64,000 nucleotides of DNA from Vitrella brassicaformis CCMP3155. Taxonomy: Eukaryota; Protista; Chromerida. Each line of letters opens with the position of its first letter. Within the stretch, counting starts at the first letter, position 1. Of this stretch, positions 12,901 to 29,000 are shown one piece after another. The notes below the pieces were generated by a model. The model saw only the letters and a list, made by a program, of their open reading frames with translations. It had not been told where the DNA came from and did no database searches. Both the position numbers and the translations under genes were made by a program. The stretch spans positions 62,001 through 126,000 of the forward strand of contig CDMY01000908.1 of the NCBI GenBank assembly GCA_001179505.1, written 5' to 3'.

Positions 12901-15024
12901 TCTTGGGATCGTTGAGTGCCTCGGTGAGCCACGGGGGTCTGCTGGCAGACGCTGCGCCTTGTGGCCCGTTAAGCCTCTCCTCCAGCTCACACACTACTTC
13001 GGAAGCGTACGGTCGGTGCTCTAGTCCATGCCACACTGAACAAACAGACAGACAAGGGGAAGGAACAGGTTCGTTACGCTGATTGGTGTGCAGGCAGGTT
13101 GTGTCTGATGCATCCATCGTATTGCCATCTTCGTCCACCGCCCGACCCAGGATGGCGTGCGATTCAGCAGCAGCGTCCCCCTCAGCCCCCAAGATGGCAT
13201 CTGATCCGCCTAGCAGCTTTGCTTCTGGTGCCATGGCCTCCTTGGGCCAAGCGTCGAAGCTCATGAGAACGAGAGCGGCTCGATCGGTCGTCCAGATGCT
13301 TTCCAACTGCTCGAGGGTGGAAGGCGTCACATCTGCCCTGTGGACGAGGAAAGACGCCAGGCGAAGGTCCCTGATGTATGTATGCGGGCGAAGAAGATGT
13401 CGTGAATCAATTCATTCCAGTAAATGCATGCCATGACCTGCGGTGCGGCCGCTTGGTGTCTTTCTTTCTTGCCTGGGTTGAGCCTTGATGACCTCCGGTC
13501 CCGCCCCGTCCTCCCCGCGAGAGGGCCTTGCAATGGTCGCCAAGATGGGGTTCTTGTTGATGTTCCGACTCGACACGCCCACCACACGACACCGGTCAGA
13601 TAAAGGTGACGCCTCGCCGGAAAGCGAAGGGCCTTCATCTGCAGCAAAGCCGTCTGGTGGCCCCTCGGTCGATGTGTGCCCGTCAGTCGCTAGTTGGTGG
13701 TCGTCAGTTTCCCCGGTCTGTGGCGATGCACTGGCTTCTGCACCTGTCGGCCGCCGCCTGGCTCGGAAAGAGACCACCACCTCGTCGCCGTGGAATGCAC
13801 GATTACGGCCGAGGAAGCCTACACACACCCAGGCGTCAGACAAAGCTGTCTGCCTGCCTGTGTGGTCTGCCGCGTACCAGTGACCAGGTAGGTGTTAAAG
13901 GTGACGTCTCCCTCCCGTCTGCTGGCAGAGTGGGGCGCAGGAAAAGGCGATGGGGCGGCCTCTGCACCGAGGTGACGGCGATATCGTTGTGTTGCTGCCT
14001 CGACAGCAGACCCCTTGACTACTACATGCTGAGATACAAGGACATGAATGAAGCAAAGACAGGCTACGAGTGAGCAAGCAACCAAGAAGGTATGTGTCTT
14101 CTCTATCTGTCTTGTCTGTCTGCCTGTTCCCTCCTACCTGCCTGCCTGCCTCCAAGTCTTGTCTGTCTAATCATTGCCCTTTCTGACGTACCCCGACGTC
14201 GGTTTGGAAGGCAGGGATCCGAAGAGATCCCTTGAGCAGAGTGCCTTGCGCGAGCCCCGTTGCGATGTCTTGCTCGCTCCAGTACTCCTCAAACTCAATG
14301 GCAGCACCAGGGGGCGACGCAGGGACAGGAGGGGAACCAGACGTGATGCTTTCCTCCGACTGCTGCGCGTCTGGCTGCCGTTCCAGCAAGGGCGGCTCTC
14401 GTGAGGCGGTATCAGAGGCAAGAGAAGAGCGGGACCGACGGCTTGGTCGCTTTGCAGTGGTCCGTCGAAGGCCGTTAGTGTTGTCCTCCGGCCCAGGACT
14501 GGTGGTGGATCCGGCATCGAGCCCCAGCGCAGAGGCAAATCCGCTCCGTGCGAGATGAAGGTACGCCTTGATTTCCTCCTCGGACCGCTCAGAGATGGAA
14601 CGGGGCACTGGTCGCAAATGGCCCGAAAGTCGAAGGTCGAAGATAGTGGCCACACAGATCTGCACAGACAGCGGGATCCGACGTCTGCTATCGGTCGTCA
14701 ACAGCTCGCTGGCCGCCTCACGCACTCCCTTGGGCCACTCAGAGGCTCCGTCAGGAGGGAAATGGGCACGAAGCTGCCTCAAGGCTCCATCCTGATGGAA
14801 CGTGAATGCAATTATTCATCCATCGATATCCTTGTTCCTTTGCTTGCTGCCCGCCGACTTACCCTTTGTTTAATGGCGGGCATGTCCGGCAAGCTCCGCA
14901 CTAGCGACACAAGCATATCCTCATCTGCAGAGCGTTGCGTTGCCAGTGAACGCCCGCCGGACCATGAAGCAAGATCTGCAGCAACACGCGGCCCTCGAGG
15001 ACGCAAGGTGCGCAGACCCTGCAT
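9931..15024 (-). CDS. DIS3L2: DIS3-like 3'-5' exoribonuclease 2 (RNB/RNase II family)
   Basis: CSD motifs ([30 protein letters not shown]); RNB catalytic [15 protein letters not shown]; [11 protein letters not shown]...[19 protein letters not shown]; [15 protein letters not shown]; [26 protein letters not shown]. No PIN domain seen, consistent with DIS3L2 rather than Rrp44. Confidence 0.9.
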
Positions 15025-15763
15025 CTATGATTATATCATGAATCCCAATGCCGCAGCAGCAGATCTTCCCAACACCTCTCGCTCGCAGTTAGAGCGGCCG
15101 AGTTACACGGCCGGGTGGGTGACCAAACCCATTTCTAAGTGTGTGTGTGTGTGTGTGTATGTCTGTTTGTTTGTCCTTTCGTCTGGCATCCCATCAGGAA
15201 TGGACTCGTTGGCTCCCGAGAGAGGCAAGCAGAGGAGGCAGAAGGCGATAGAAGTGTCAGCGCAGGCAGACAAGCCACCGGTGGACTGACCACCGGTGAT
15301 TGATTATGTTTCTTGTACATACTTGTGGACTGGACTCGCTAGTTGATGCAAGTGCTGTGCTGTATATGTATGAATCAACGTCTTCTCATGGAGGTGACGG
15401 TGTGTGGGTGTGATGAGGAGCGCGGCGGGCTGACACGCCCACATGACCACGCAGCGTGTCCCTGAGAACTCCGTCGTCACTGAACTGTGTGTGTGTGTGT
15501 GCGTGCGTGATCGACACTGTATCGACACGGTATCGTTAGCATGCCAATAATGCATTAAATGAGTCCCGCGCCAGTCATGATATACACATCAGAGGAGATC
15601 AGCTCAAAACCGTTAGTAACAAAACCTAAAGCAGCTGCATATGTATACGCTCACTTCTGTACAAGTACGCATCAAGCAATGCAACCATGCATGCCCCCCT
15701 CCCCTCCCTCATCCCAACCCAGCTAGCTACACACCCTCCCTGCCTCCCTGCCTCCCGCTCTTC

Positions 15764-17255
15764 CTAGGCCTCCTTTGTCGCCTTGCTGCTCTTGTATGCG
15801 GTTCGGCTGAAGTCCTGGAACAGGATATACATGGTCATCTGGTACAAGGTCTCGAGCAGCATCAGCCGGGGCGGACACGATGGGACGGGCGGGGTGAAAG
15901 GTATCACATCAAAGGCAAACAGCATCCCCAACAGGGAGTGCCCAGACAGGAGAACAAACTGCATGCCCATGATGGAGCACAACACAACACACCACAACAC
16001 AACACAACACCCGTTCTTTGGCACGCACAAGTCTTGGCTGCCTGCCCCCCCACACTCCATCAATGGACTTCTTGTGAGTGTGTACCTACCTGTGCCATCT
16101 GGACTGTAGTGAGGCACGACTTGAGGTATCGTGGGATGCGCACCCCCATGCCCCTCAGCAGGTAGTAGAAGTACATGAGTACGTGAACAAAGCAACTGCA
16201 CGGACGTCACGTACACACCCATACTGACATTGTCTTCCTTCCTTCGCACTATCTGTCGGTCTGTCGGTCTGTCTGACTTGGCGATTTGTCCGATAATGAT
16301 GTCGTCGGCGAATCCGGCGTTGAGCATGACCCAGCAGAAGAGCAGCATGGAGGCATGGTGGTAGACGTGCAGGAAGCTCAGCTGCTGCCACTTCTGACGA
16401 GCGATGATAAACAAAGTATCGGCCAGATCAGCCACCTTCAACCTGCACAACGACCCGACCATGGGGGGCCCTCTTTCGCTTCACTGGTGGTCTTTGGCCC
16501 TACCAGTAGAATGCGTGCCAGGCGACGGCACAAGCTGAAAGGCGGGGGACAAGCCAACAAACAGACGTATTTAAAGCGCCTCAATTGGCGTTGATTGGTT
16601 TATTTCGGGTTGCCATCGCCTACCTGATTCTTTAGCGGCGAGGTCGAAAGACCCCCGCTCACACCAGATAATGAGGGGGCAATGCGGCAGGCTCTTCAGA
16701 AGAGATGACACACCCAGCATGCCGACATATCCGCTCAACACTATCTGCAGCGCAAACACAGTCGCACTGAGTGGGTGAATGCTGCATCAGGTGAGGGTGT
16801 GCCTGTCGCTTCTTTCCCACCTGGACAACGTCATAGATGGACTGCAGGAGCAGAACGGGCTCCCTGCGGAAGCGGTCAAGGGGGACGTCCCTGGAGCACT
16901 TGGTTGGCTCTGCCCCATCAGGTGGATCCCCGGCCCTCCCTGTGGCCCCATTGCTGACGCTGCTGCTGCGAGTTGTCGGCGACTCATCTCCATTCTGCGG
17001 TTCGCCGCGGCTGGGCAGGGACAACTGGCCCACACCACCACAGGCGGATGCTACAGCTGCCGCCTTCACCTGCGCGTGGCTGCCCTCCTCGTGCTCGGTG
17101 CAAGCGCCGGTATCCGGCTGAATGTGTTGACACCTCTTCCTTCGTAAGGCCAGAGGGGCAAGGATGGAGATCACCAGGTAAACAGACACGATAACAGCCA
17201 CCTCCGCGAAGCTGGAGAGACCTGTGAAGAACATCATCATCATATCATCAGTCAT
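15764..17255 (-). CDS. Fatty acid elongase (ELO/GNS1-SUR4 family, HVYHH type typical of PUFA elongases)
   Basis: WLKVADLADTLFII, LSFLHVYHH His box, ANCFVHVLMYFYY, TTVQM; hydrophobic segments; ends ...AYKSSKATKEA*. Start uncertain. Confidence 0.9.
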
Positions 17256-17623
17256 CTTGAGACACCCTCATCAAAAGCTTACTCCATGATGCGGTCAAGC
17301 GATTTTGTCTGGTCAAGAAATCAGGATTGAGGTAGCTAAGTAAGAGCCCTTCCATATCTCAAACGAAGCGGAATCACCTCTGGCCCATGTCCATGTTCCG
17401 GAGAGGACTTGGCCGCAGGCCGCGTAGGGTGCTCCCTGAAACCGCTGCTGCTTTCGAGTTTGGATTGCATCTATCTCGTTCGAGCGGATGGAAGAGCAGG
17501 AAGGACGGCAGTGCCAAGACAAGCAGCAACGAGATCTGTGAGAGCAACAGACGGTAGGCACGCTCCCTCGAGACAAGCACCCACCACTGGACGCTGTCTG
17601 TTTGTTGTTCCCTGTTTGTGAAG

Positions 17624-20600
17624 ATGGCGTGCCGCTGCATCAGCCTCGAGGAGCTTGTCGAGGTTCTCAGGAGGTCATTCTCCCCTCATGAGTCGGGTGA
17701 GAATACATGTGCAGGATTGCAATCATTGAAATCAGCATGATTCGATGCAGAGGGGCCACTTTGTCACGAGTTTTCTCTGTTCTTGCCTTTCTGCAGAGCG
17801 CAAACACTCAGAGAAGAGGTCAGAAGAAATCGACAAGGCGCCGGGACTAATGTGTCAGCTCCTCGACATTGTCGTATCATCTGAGGTAAATACATCACTG
17901 ATTGACCCCCCGAGGGACTGTTCTGTGTGTGTGCGTGTGTGTGTGTGTGTGTCACCTCCTTCAGATCGATGAGGCGATCCGGCTGGCTGCTGCTGTTGCC
18001 CTCAAGAATCAGATCCGGAAGTGGTATTGAGAGAAGAGAGGAAGTCACTGGCGGCGGAATGATGCAGTCTCTCATCTCGCCCCACAGGTGGAAGGACCCC
18101 GAGGACGACCTGAAACATGAGAAAGAGATCGACGAGCGGCACGCGGGACAATCAGAACAGGACAGAGCCATTCTCAAGGAGAAGAAAATCGGCTTCAGGG
18201 AAGGAGAGAAGCAGCCTATACGTTCCAAGATTCTAAACGCGATGGTGATATGCACCAAGCATAATCTGAGGTGCATTAAAGGGAGATGTACTGTTCCAAC
18301 CAAGGCACTTCATCACTTGGTAACTTGCCCCTTCTTCTCCCGCCTGCAGGGCTCAGCTCGATGAGTGCATCAGGCTGATAGTCTTAATCGACTTCCCTGA
18401 CTACTGGCCAGAGCTGCTCGACAGCATCCTTCTCGTACGTGGCCGCACACACCGAGGCACCTGACATTATCCTCATTGCCTCTACTGTCAGGCGCTTGCA
18501 TCGAGGGATCAGATGCAGACCTACTGCGCACTTCTTGTTCTTAGGCGGCTTGTCAAGAAATATGAGGTCAGTTCAGAGAAAGAACAGCCGACTGCAGTCG
18601 TGAAAGTAAGTGGTCGGGCTCTCCTGTCTCTTCGTTCTTCTTAGATGAAGACCGATGACAACAGGTGAAAAAACTTGCAGCGTTCGTTACCTGCCGTCCC
18701 ACCTGCTTTGCCTTTCCAGAGAGCCACTCACTGTGATCATGCAGAAGACCGTGCCGGTCGTTTTGCCTCTTGGCGTTGAGCTGCTTCGGATGGGCTTGAG
18801 AAGCCAAGATTGTGCGATTATGCTCAAGCTGATCCTGAAGTGAGCCTGCACAAGAGAAAGGGCACTTGCACGCTCTACATTCATTCACTGCAGGTATTAT
18901 TTCTCAGCAACACAAATGGCGCTTTCGAAAGCCCCCGCGATACGGCAAACAGCCAACCAGTGGATGCAGCTCGTAGATGATGTTCTCCGCGAGCAAGGTG
19001 CGGACTGCTGCAAAGAATGCGCAGGCATTGCCTGCTCGAGAGATTCTTGTTTGTTCATAGTCCCCTCTGAGATTCTTCCGCCGGACGTGTCGATGCGAGA
19101 GGACTTGGCCCAATACAAGCTGAAGAAGTGGGCGCTCCAGATCGCGTACCGCTTCTTCACGCGGTACGGGAACCCTTCGTTCGTGTCGGATTCTGAAGAC
19201 AAGGACTGGGCCCGCCAGTTCCTTGGTAACTGGGCAACAAAGTTCCTGAAATCGATGCTTTTTCTGCTTGATGAAGAGGCGCAACAGAGATGCTGGATCA
19301 GCCGACGTATGCTCAACATCATTGTAAGTTACAAATCACCTATCTTGTGTACATCTTCTGCATTTGCTTGCGCAAACCGCAGCTTCAGTACCTTTCATCG
19401 TGCCTGGAGCACGTTGCGACCTACGAGGCCCTGAAAGCCCACATTGCCCCCATCATCTCCCACGTAATTCTTGTACTCGCCTTGGATGCTATTTCCGTAT
19501 CCTCTCTTGTTTCAGGTTGTATTCCCGCTCCTGTGCTACGACGCGGATGACGTGGAAACGTGGGAAGATGATCCGGAGGAATTTCTCCGAGGAGAGGAGG
19601 ACGTCTTCGTGACGATGCAGGTCTCGAGCAGGAGCAGCTTTTTGCACTCGCACCATCTTCATTCATCTCTGTAGAGTCCAAGAGAAGCGGCCGTTGAGTT
19701 CTTGCGCGACTTGTGCAAATATCGCGGGAAAGGCAACTTGACGACTATCCTGAATCAAACACACGATATTCTTCGAAGGTAGATCAAGATGCCAGTGATT
19801 GAAACGACTTAAGTCATCGTGCCTTTGCAGATACCAATGCTCATCACAAAGCGAGCAAGCAAACATGGGGATGCTGAAAGTTGGCGCTCTCACAATGGTA
19901 CGTTGACCCACCAGATCTTCCTCACGCCGCTTGCATTTGTCTTAGATCGAGAGTGTCGCCGAGACAGTATGCGACAAGAAACGGAGTCTGCCGATTGAAC
20001 AGCTGATCGAGATCCACATTTTGCCCGATGTCCGGAGTCAAGACAAGTTTCTTCGCTATCGAAGTCTTCGGTATGTTACCAGAATGGAGAAGGTGCAACA
20101 ACACTCGCTCTAAATTTCGATTCTTCATCGTCCAGCACGTATTCAGAGCTCCTTACTGCCCTGTCCAAAAAGAAGAACATCAGCAACCCCCTGCTGCACC
20201 TCAACTTCTTCTCTTACCTCATTGCGGCAACGGAGGATTCTGAAAAACCTGTCAGGGTTGCGGCGTGCGTTGCCTTCAAGCCGTTCTGCAAGACAAAAGC
20301 GTTGAAACCCGTGGTTCAAAAGGTAACCTTGCGCGGAGACAGAGACAAAGGCTTTTTACGGAGGGATTCCGCGCTGTCCAGAACATTTTGACATGCCTCG
20401 ACCGGCTACTATCCGCCATCTATTCAACGGACAGCGAAGATCTCGTAGAAACTCTTGAGACGTTAGTGGAGAACTTCCAGGTGAGAGAAACAAAATGAAA
20501 ATCGACACGTAACAAGAAATACGGTAATGCTTGTTGACGACGACTTCTAGACTGAAGTAGTCCCCTTCGCTCAGAAGGTTATCGAGGGCCTAGTTGTAGC

Positions 20601-22642
20601 TTATCTTCGCATGCGCGAGTCAGAGGACGGCGAGGCAGATTTGTCGGCGTTTGCTGTGATGAAGACGATTCAAACCGTCTTGGAGGCGTGTCCGGACCCG
20701 AAGATCTTCGTGTCTCTTGAGTCGGCCCTTTCCCCTTTTCTTTGCAAAGTTTTCCAGCCTGACGCGATCGACTTTCTTGAGGACGTACGCTGACACGAAC
20801 AGAACGGACTCTCCTGGCTGGTTTTCGCCTGCCTCCTATCTCTTACTGCAGGGAGTGTCCATTTTGGCGTTTTTGACGTCCAACGAGCCGATTTCAAGCG
20901 GACTCTGGCAACATTTTGTGCATATCCATCGTGTCGTCTGCGGCAGGTGGGTGTGTGGAGATGTCTGAAAATCGATTCCTTTTTCCGTTTTGCTGCATCG
21001 ATTCAGCCCAGAGTTTCCCTTTCATTGTCAACACGGATGGGCAACGGACCTTGTAACATGGGGACGAGGGTTTTTGCAGCAACGCTTTTCACTAATTTTT
21101 CTTTCAGGTTGAGTTCATGATTCCAGTGATCGAAAATTTCGTCTACCACGGCCTCGAGGGGTTTCTACACGTAGGACACGTAGGGCCAGAGACAAGAAGT
21201 GATTTGGTCGAGTGTTTTGGTCCCTGCCCTTTCGTGCAGCATCACGACCGTGCCGGAAAGAGCTTTGTCGCGCTTCTGATGGAGATGGCTGTCCGAATCA
21301 CAGACACTAACCGCGTTTTGGAACTCGTCAACGTTCCTTGCATCATCAATCCCCTATTTGAGAAGTGCGCCGTTCTCGCGATTGAGACGGGGAAAGGCGC
21401 CGGTGGAGGAGGCCCCATCGACAACCTTATCGATCCTGTACTGCGCATGACCTGGGGCATCATGAAGGACAAAGGATGGAATGCAGCCTCAACCGAAGAG
21501 GACTGTGACTTGATTGCCCGGGACTACCAGATGGCCGTTTTCTCGTTGTGGGGAAACATTCTTGCTTACGACCCTCTTCTGTTCGTCTCGTGCACAATCG
21601 AGGTCTGCCGAATGTCTTGAATGGGCCTAACGAGCCAGAATGGTGTCTTCTTTCTTTGCGTCAGAAACCCGAGCTGCACGGGTTATTGGACACCTGGCTG
21701 AATCTCGTCAGCAGCATGTCTACGAAAAAGGGGTCAGCAAGGGAGTTTTGTTTTTGCGTTGTGACAGTGTTCTTCCCTCGTCAGGTTGCGAGTAAAAAAG
21801 CGGTTTGTCGTGGGGATGACCCGGTTGGTTCAGCTCGTCAAGCTTCCAGAATCAAACATTCCCGACGCTTTCCGAAACACCCTCCAACCAGCAATGCCGC
21901 GAATTCTCCAGGCAGTTGTGAGAGAGTCGGAATCGCTTCACAGGTAAGCCTCTGCAGCCTCTTCCTTCAGGTGCGCAACATACGCATCGCGTGTTGTGTC
22001 CCTTAGACTAAAGAAGGAGAACCAAGGAAAGGAATCAGCAGCCGCAAAGGCGAACCACCAGGCCGTTCCTACAAACACAGAAGGCGAAAACGGTGAGAGC
22101 GGAGATGAGTGGTCGGACGAGTCACCGGAGTCAGAACAAGATCTTAATGACGACCAAGTGAGCGAGAAATGCTGAAAGATGCCTTCATACTCGTGGTCGG
22201 CCATATGATGGCAGGATGCGGACACTGCCAAAAATCGAATATACATGCACAAGCTCAATCAGGCAACACTCAATGATAACAAGATTGGAGCCAAAGCATC
22301 TGATTGACTTGACGGTTTTTCACTTGAACTAGATGGGTGATGGAGACGACGACGACTCAGACGAAGACTACGAGTGAGAGATCATGTATACATGATTACG
22401 CGTCCTGCTCATTGTGTCTTTGCGCAGTGGTGAAGAATCTGAAAGAGCTCAACAGCCTATGGATGCCATCGACGAGTTGCAATTCGTCAGAGATGTCATA
22501 TCGACGCTATGTCCTGATGTTCGAGCTTTGTAGCAAGTCGACCGAACCAGTGAAAAGGCTACAAAACACTGTTTTCATCAACTACGCCACTTCACGGACG
22601 GAAAAGCACAAAAATCTGGAGACGTGGCACGCCACCGCATAA
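17624..22642 (+). CDS. Importin-7/8 family karyopherin (RanBP7/Nmd5/Sxm1-like)
   Basis: IBN_N motif IRLAAAVALKNQIRKW; LIDFPDYWPELL; KLKKWALQIAYRFFTRYGNP; FPLLCYDADDVETWEDDPEEFLR; acidic tail and QPMDAIDELQFVRD. Many short introns; exact 3' end uncertain (about 22530-22640). Confidence 0.9.
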
Positions 22643-22705
22643 TCAGCGCCTACTGGGCCTTTTCTCGATTGCAGAGAAGGAACCTAGAACCTTCATGAGC
22701 TGTTC

Positions 22706-25491
<2,786 letters not shown>

Positions 25492-25856
25492 GATCACGGA
25501 AAAGGGTCGTTCCGCCGGACAAATCTAGCAGTCTCCGGAAGGGTAAAGTTCATTTGTAAATTCCCCAAAAGGAAGGGGCTCCTGGTGTTTCATTAATACG
25601 GTGAGAGACCGACAGGCATCCATAGAGGAACGCACCCCGCAACCCCAAAAGATGCATGCACGCACAGTACCCACATGCATGTACGCTGTCTGTGGTGCAC
25701 CGTCAAGACCATTCACGACGTCCTTTACACAGACAACCGGCCCCTCCAACGCCACCTTCCTACAATCGCTCGCCCCAGAGGTCGCATCAATGCTTCGTAT
25801 GTATCCCAGTCATAGGAAAACTCAATCGGACTACTTGCTTGACCTGACCTGCCCTG

Positions 25857-25992
25857 CCCTGCCCTCTCCGTATCGTCTGACGTCATTGACGAGGAGGACA
25901 ACAATCAGGTCACTCTGTCTCGTTTCGAGGCCCCATGCCTTACTCCCCAACACCTCCACTGTCACCTCCATTCAGGTCTAGGCATGCTGCCG
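25857..25992 (-). pseudogene. Decayed duplicate of the nucleotidyltransferase catalytic segment (copy of 31126-31257)
   Basis: Manual alignment: about 12 mismatches in about 132 nt plus a 4-nt insertion; GST becomes GSK and DLD becomes DLI. Confidence 0.85.
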
Positions 25993-26012
25993 AGGACGTG
26001 GCAAACTGACAT

Positions 26013-29000
26013 CTACATGCTTTCCTTGGCGGCGCCCCTATGGATGTCTCGTAGTGCATGCCCAAGAAGCCCCAATCCACCAATCTTCTTTCTCGGCTTT
26101 GGCGTCTCTTGTCCGATGTGTTCATTCTCCTCGGTTGGATGCTGCGCTGTTCTTGTCCTCTCAGCATCTTTTCTTCCTTCTGGTGGGGCCCCCGTCCTCG
26201 GTAGCGGTTCAACTGCGCTCTCAGTGGTCACCTCGGAGGAGCTGTCCTCACGGTGTCTAGAAAGAACCGGCGCCCTTCTGGTTCGCTCGAACGACCACGG
26301 CCCGTCCCGGCCAGGCCCACGAAGCTTTGGCGACGAACTGTAAGCGCCGTCTGCAGACTCGACTGATGCCAAACGAGGACGGTCTTCGCTGGAGCGAAAG
26401 GCCTCGGCGTGCAAGAAGACGGTCTCTGGTGCTGCGTAAGGCTCGTGTTGCGGAGCTCGCTGTGGGCGGACGCTGTCGCTCCGTACCAATGGGCTCGATG
26501 AGCCATACGCCTCATTTCCGTTTCCAGTCGGCCTGTTGTCTCGGCGAAGCCCCACCATGGGTGAGAAGCCATTTGGTCGGTCCTCAGCAACAACGTCGCC
26601 CTGTCCACGGTGGTCGTGGTCGTGGCCGCGGGTGAGGCTTGGCCGTCGTCTTCGGTCATCGATGACGTGCCCGTCACTGGGTGAGCCTCTGGGAGGGTCA
26701 TCGTCGCGATGGTGGCTGCTTCGGCCAGGTTGCTCGCCACGAGAATGCGATGGCCGGTCCTCCTCGTTGCTGTGGCGAGCGGCGGTCCGCCCGCCGGCAT
26801 TGGGGAGAGACTGACGAGACGCCTTTATTTGGCCCAGAGCGTGTCCGAGAAGGCCTCCAGTCAGTCCAATCTTTGCCCTCGGCCGGCTTGGTGTTGACTC
26901 GTGCTGTCCTCCTTCACCAGAGGAGCTCGAACCCGCCATCTCGAAACCTCTGTCTCTGTTGGTGACCATGGCGTCGGTCGTCGTGTCGGATCGCCGATGG
27001 AAGGCGCCGGATGGAGAGGGGTGGGACGCTACAGCAGCCACATCCTTCAGGCGAGTAGGGGTCGCAACTGCAGCCTGGGGGGAGGGGGAGGGGCGAGGGA
27101 GGCTCGACCGAGGGTGGACACCGTACGACAGGGGGGTGCCATCTGATTGATATATGGCGCAGGATAGATAGAGATGGCACAAGAAGAAAGAGAGAACATG
27201 ACAAGACGTTACGGCACCTTGGCTTCCCGCCCTCCTATTGCTCTCACTCACTCACCCGGAGACTGGTTGGGGTCCTGATGTCTTCTCAGGGCCTTTGGCG
27301 GCAAAGAGGGTGGAGGTGGGGCATTGACTAGCTTCCAGCCGGCGTCGGTTCTCCCCCTTCTGGCGTACTGTGAAGGGGGCACAGGCACAGATGACGGGGG
27401 TGGAGGCGGCGGCGACATGCCGTCCACTCCGGCCGCACTGTCCGAGGGCGTCTGCGGGCGGGCGGAGCTGCCACCGTCCATGCTCAAGTCCATCGACGTT
27501 TTTCGCCGCTCGGCATCGGCTTCATGGGGGTCTCCTCCCCGGTCGACCTTGTAGTGATGCCTCACAACGAAGCCCTCAGACCGGCGGTGGTCAGGTATTC
27601 CCTTCTTGTGTGAGGCAGGGAGGGCCGAGTCGGGGGAGACCCGTGCTGGAGCGGCTGGAGGGCCTGCAGTGACAGCAGTAGCAGCGGGCGAGTATGGCTG
27701 GGTTGAGGGCGGTTGGAAGGTCGGAGGGAGATTGTGTGGGTTGGGTGTCTGCAGGTGCGATTGATGCTGCTGACTGTGATGGGGGGCTGGCAGGGGAGTG
27801 GACGAGGACCGGTACTGCACCAACGTCTTGTCGTCGCCGCCCGGCACGCCACTGTTGTTGCGCGTCACTTGGTGGGTAGGCGCTAGGATGGCGCTCTGCA
27901 GCACGTCCTCATCGCCTCGACTACTGTATGGAGAGCCCTCAGGGAGCGAATACTGGTCAAAATGCAACCCGCAAGCAACGAACCGTGGGGGCACTGAACA
28001 CATTCCAGGAAGTCTGCGTGTGTGTAGTGTGTGTACCTGAGTGTTTTCTTGAGTGTTTGGAGGTGCGGTGAGGTCTTCACCGGACGCCTGGAGGTCTTTC
28101 GAGGTAGGATGCGGGGCAAACTGAGCTGCAGTTCCTCCACCTCTCGCTTCACTGCTCCCCCAATCCTGCTGCAACGCCACCGACCTCAAAGCCTCTGCAC
28201 ACAGACAGTCAGGACAGACAGACAGACAGACAGGCAAAGCGAGACAGACACTGAATGAATGCATGGATGCCTCAACCTGTATCTGTCTGAGGGTGGCGTA
28301 GCGTGTGGCGCGCCCAGCCCACCCGGGCGTGCCCCCCACCCACTCGCCCACCACAGCTTACTGACCTGCGATGGCCCGTCCTGCGTCCGGGTTGGCCCTG
28401 CAGAGATTGAGAAGCTGGTGGACGGTGGCCATCTCGAGGTGGTGGCCAGGCGAGGGAGAGGCGGGTGCTTGTGCGGCAGGGACGGCCGCGGTGGTGTGGC
28501 CCACCACTTGAATGGATTGGACTCCATGCAGGTTGACGGGAGGCGGGGAGGATGGGTAGGAGGGATGGTGGATGCCGCCGGCATGGTGGTCCAGGACGGA
28601 TGGAGAGGATGCAGCATGAGTGTCAGGCAGCGTCCGGATGCTCCGCTGGCTCTCGGACACGCAAGTTGCCGTCTCATGAGCACTGTGGTCCGCATAGGGC
28701 TGGTGGGTGTGGCTGAGTGTGTGGATGTGGGTGGGGGCCATGTTGAAGGACAGGGGGGCCGTCATCCCCGCCACTCCTCCTCCGGTGTGGTGGTGGTTGA
28801 TGAGCTGCAGCTGCTGCAAGATCTGCAGCGAGCCACCAAACCCATGATGCCCCAGCGTCGCTGGCGTGACAGTGGGTGCGGGAGGGGACGGGGACATCAC
28901 TTGGACTGTCGCGGGGCTGTCGATGGTGGTGTGAGTGACCACTCTGCCGTCTCCCATCCTAGGTAGTACCACCGCGCCCCCACTCATTGTGGCGTAGTAT

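Noticed and set aside
17374-17640. Upstream hydrophobic ORF as the first exon of the elongase
   Set aside because: Its ATG overlaps the importin start on the other strand and I could not find an in-phase splice to the 17255 exon.
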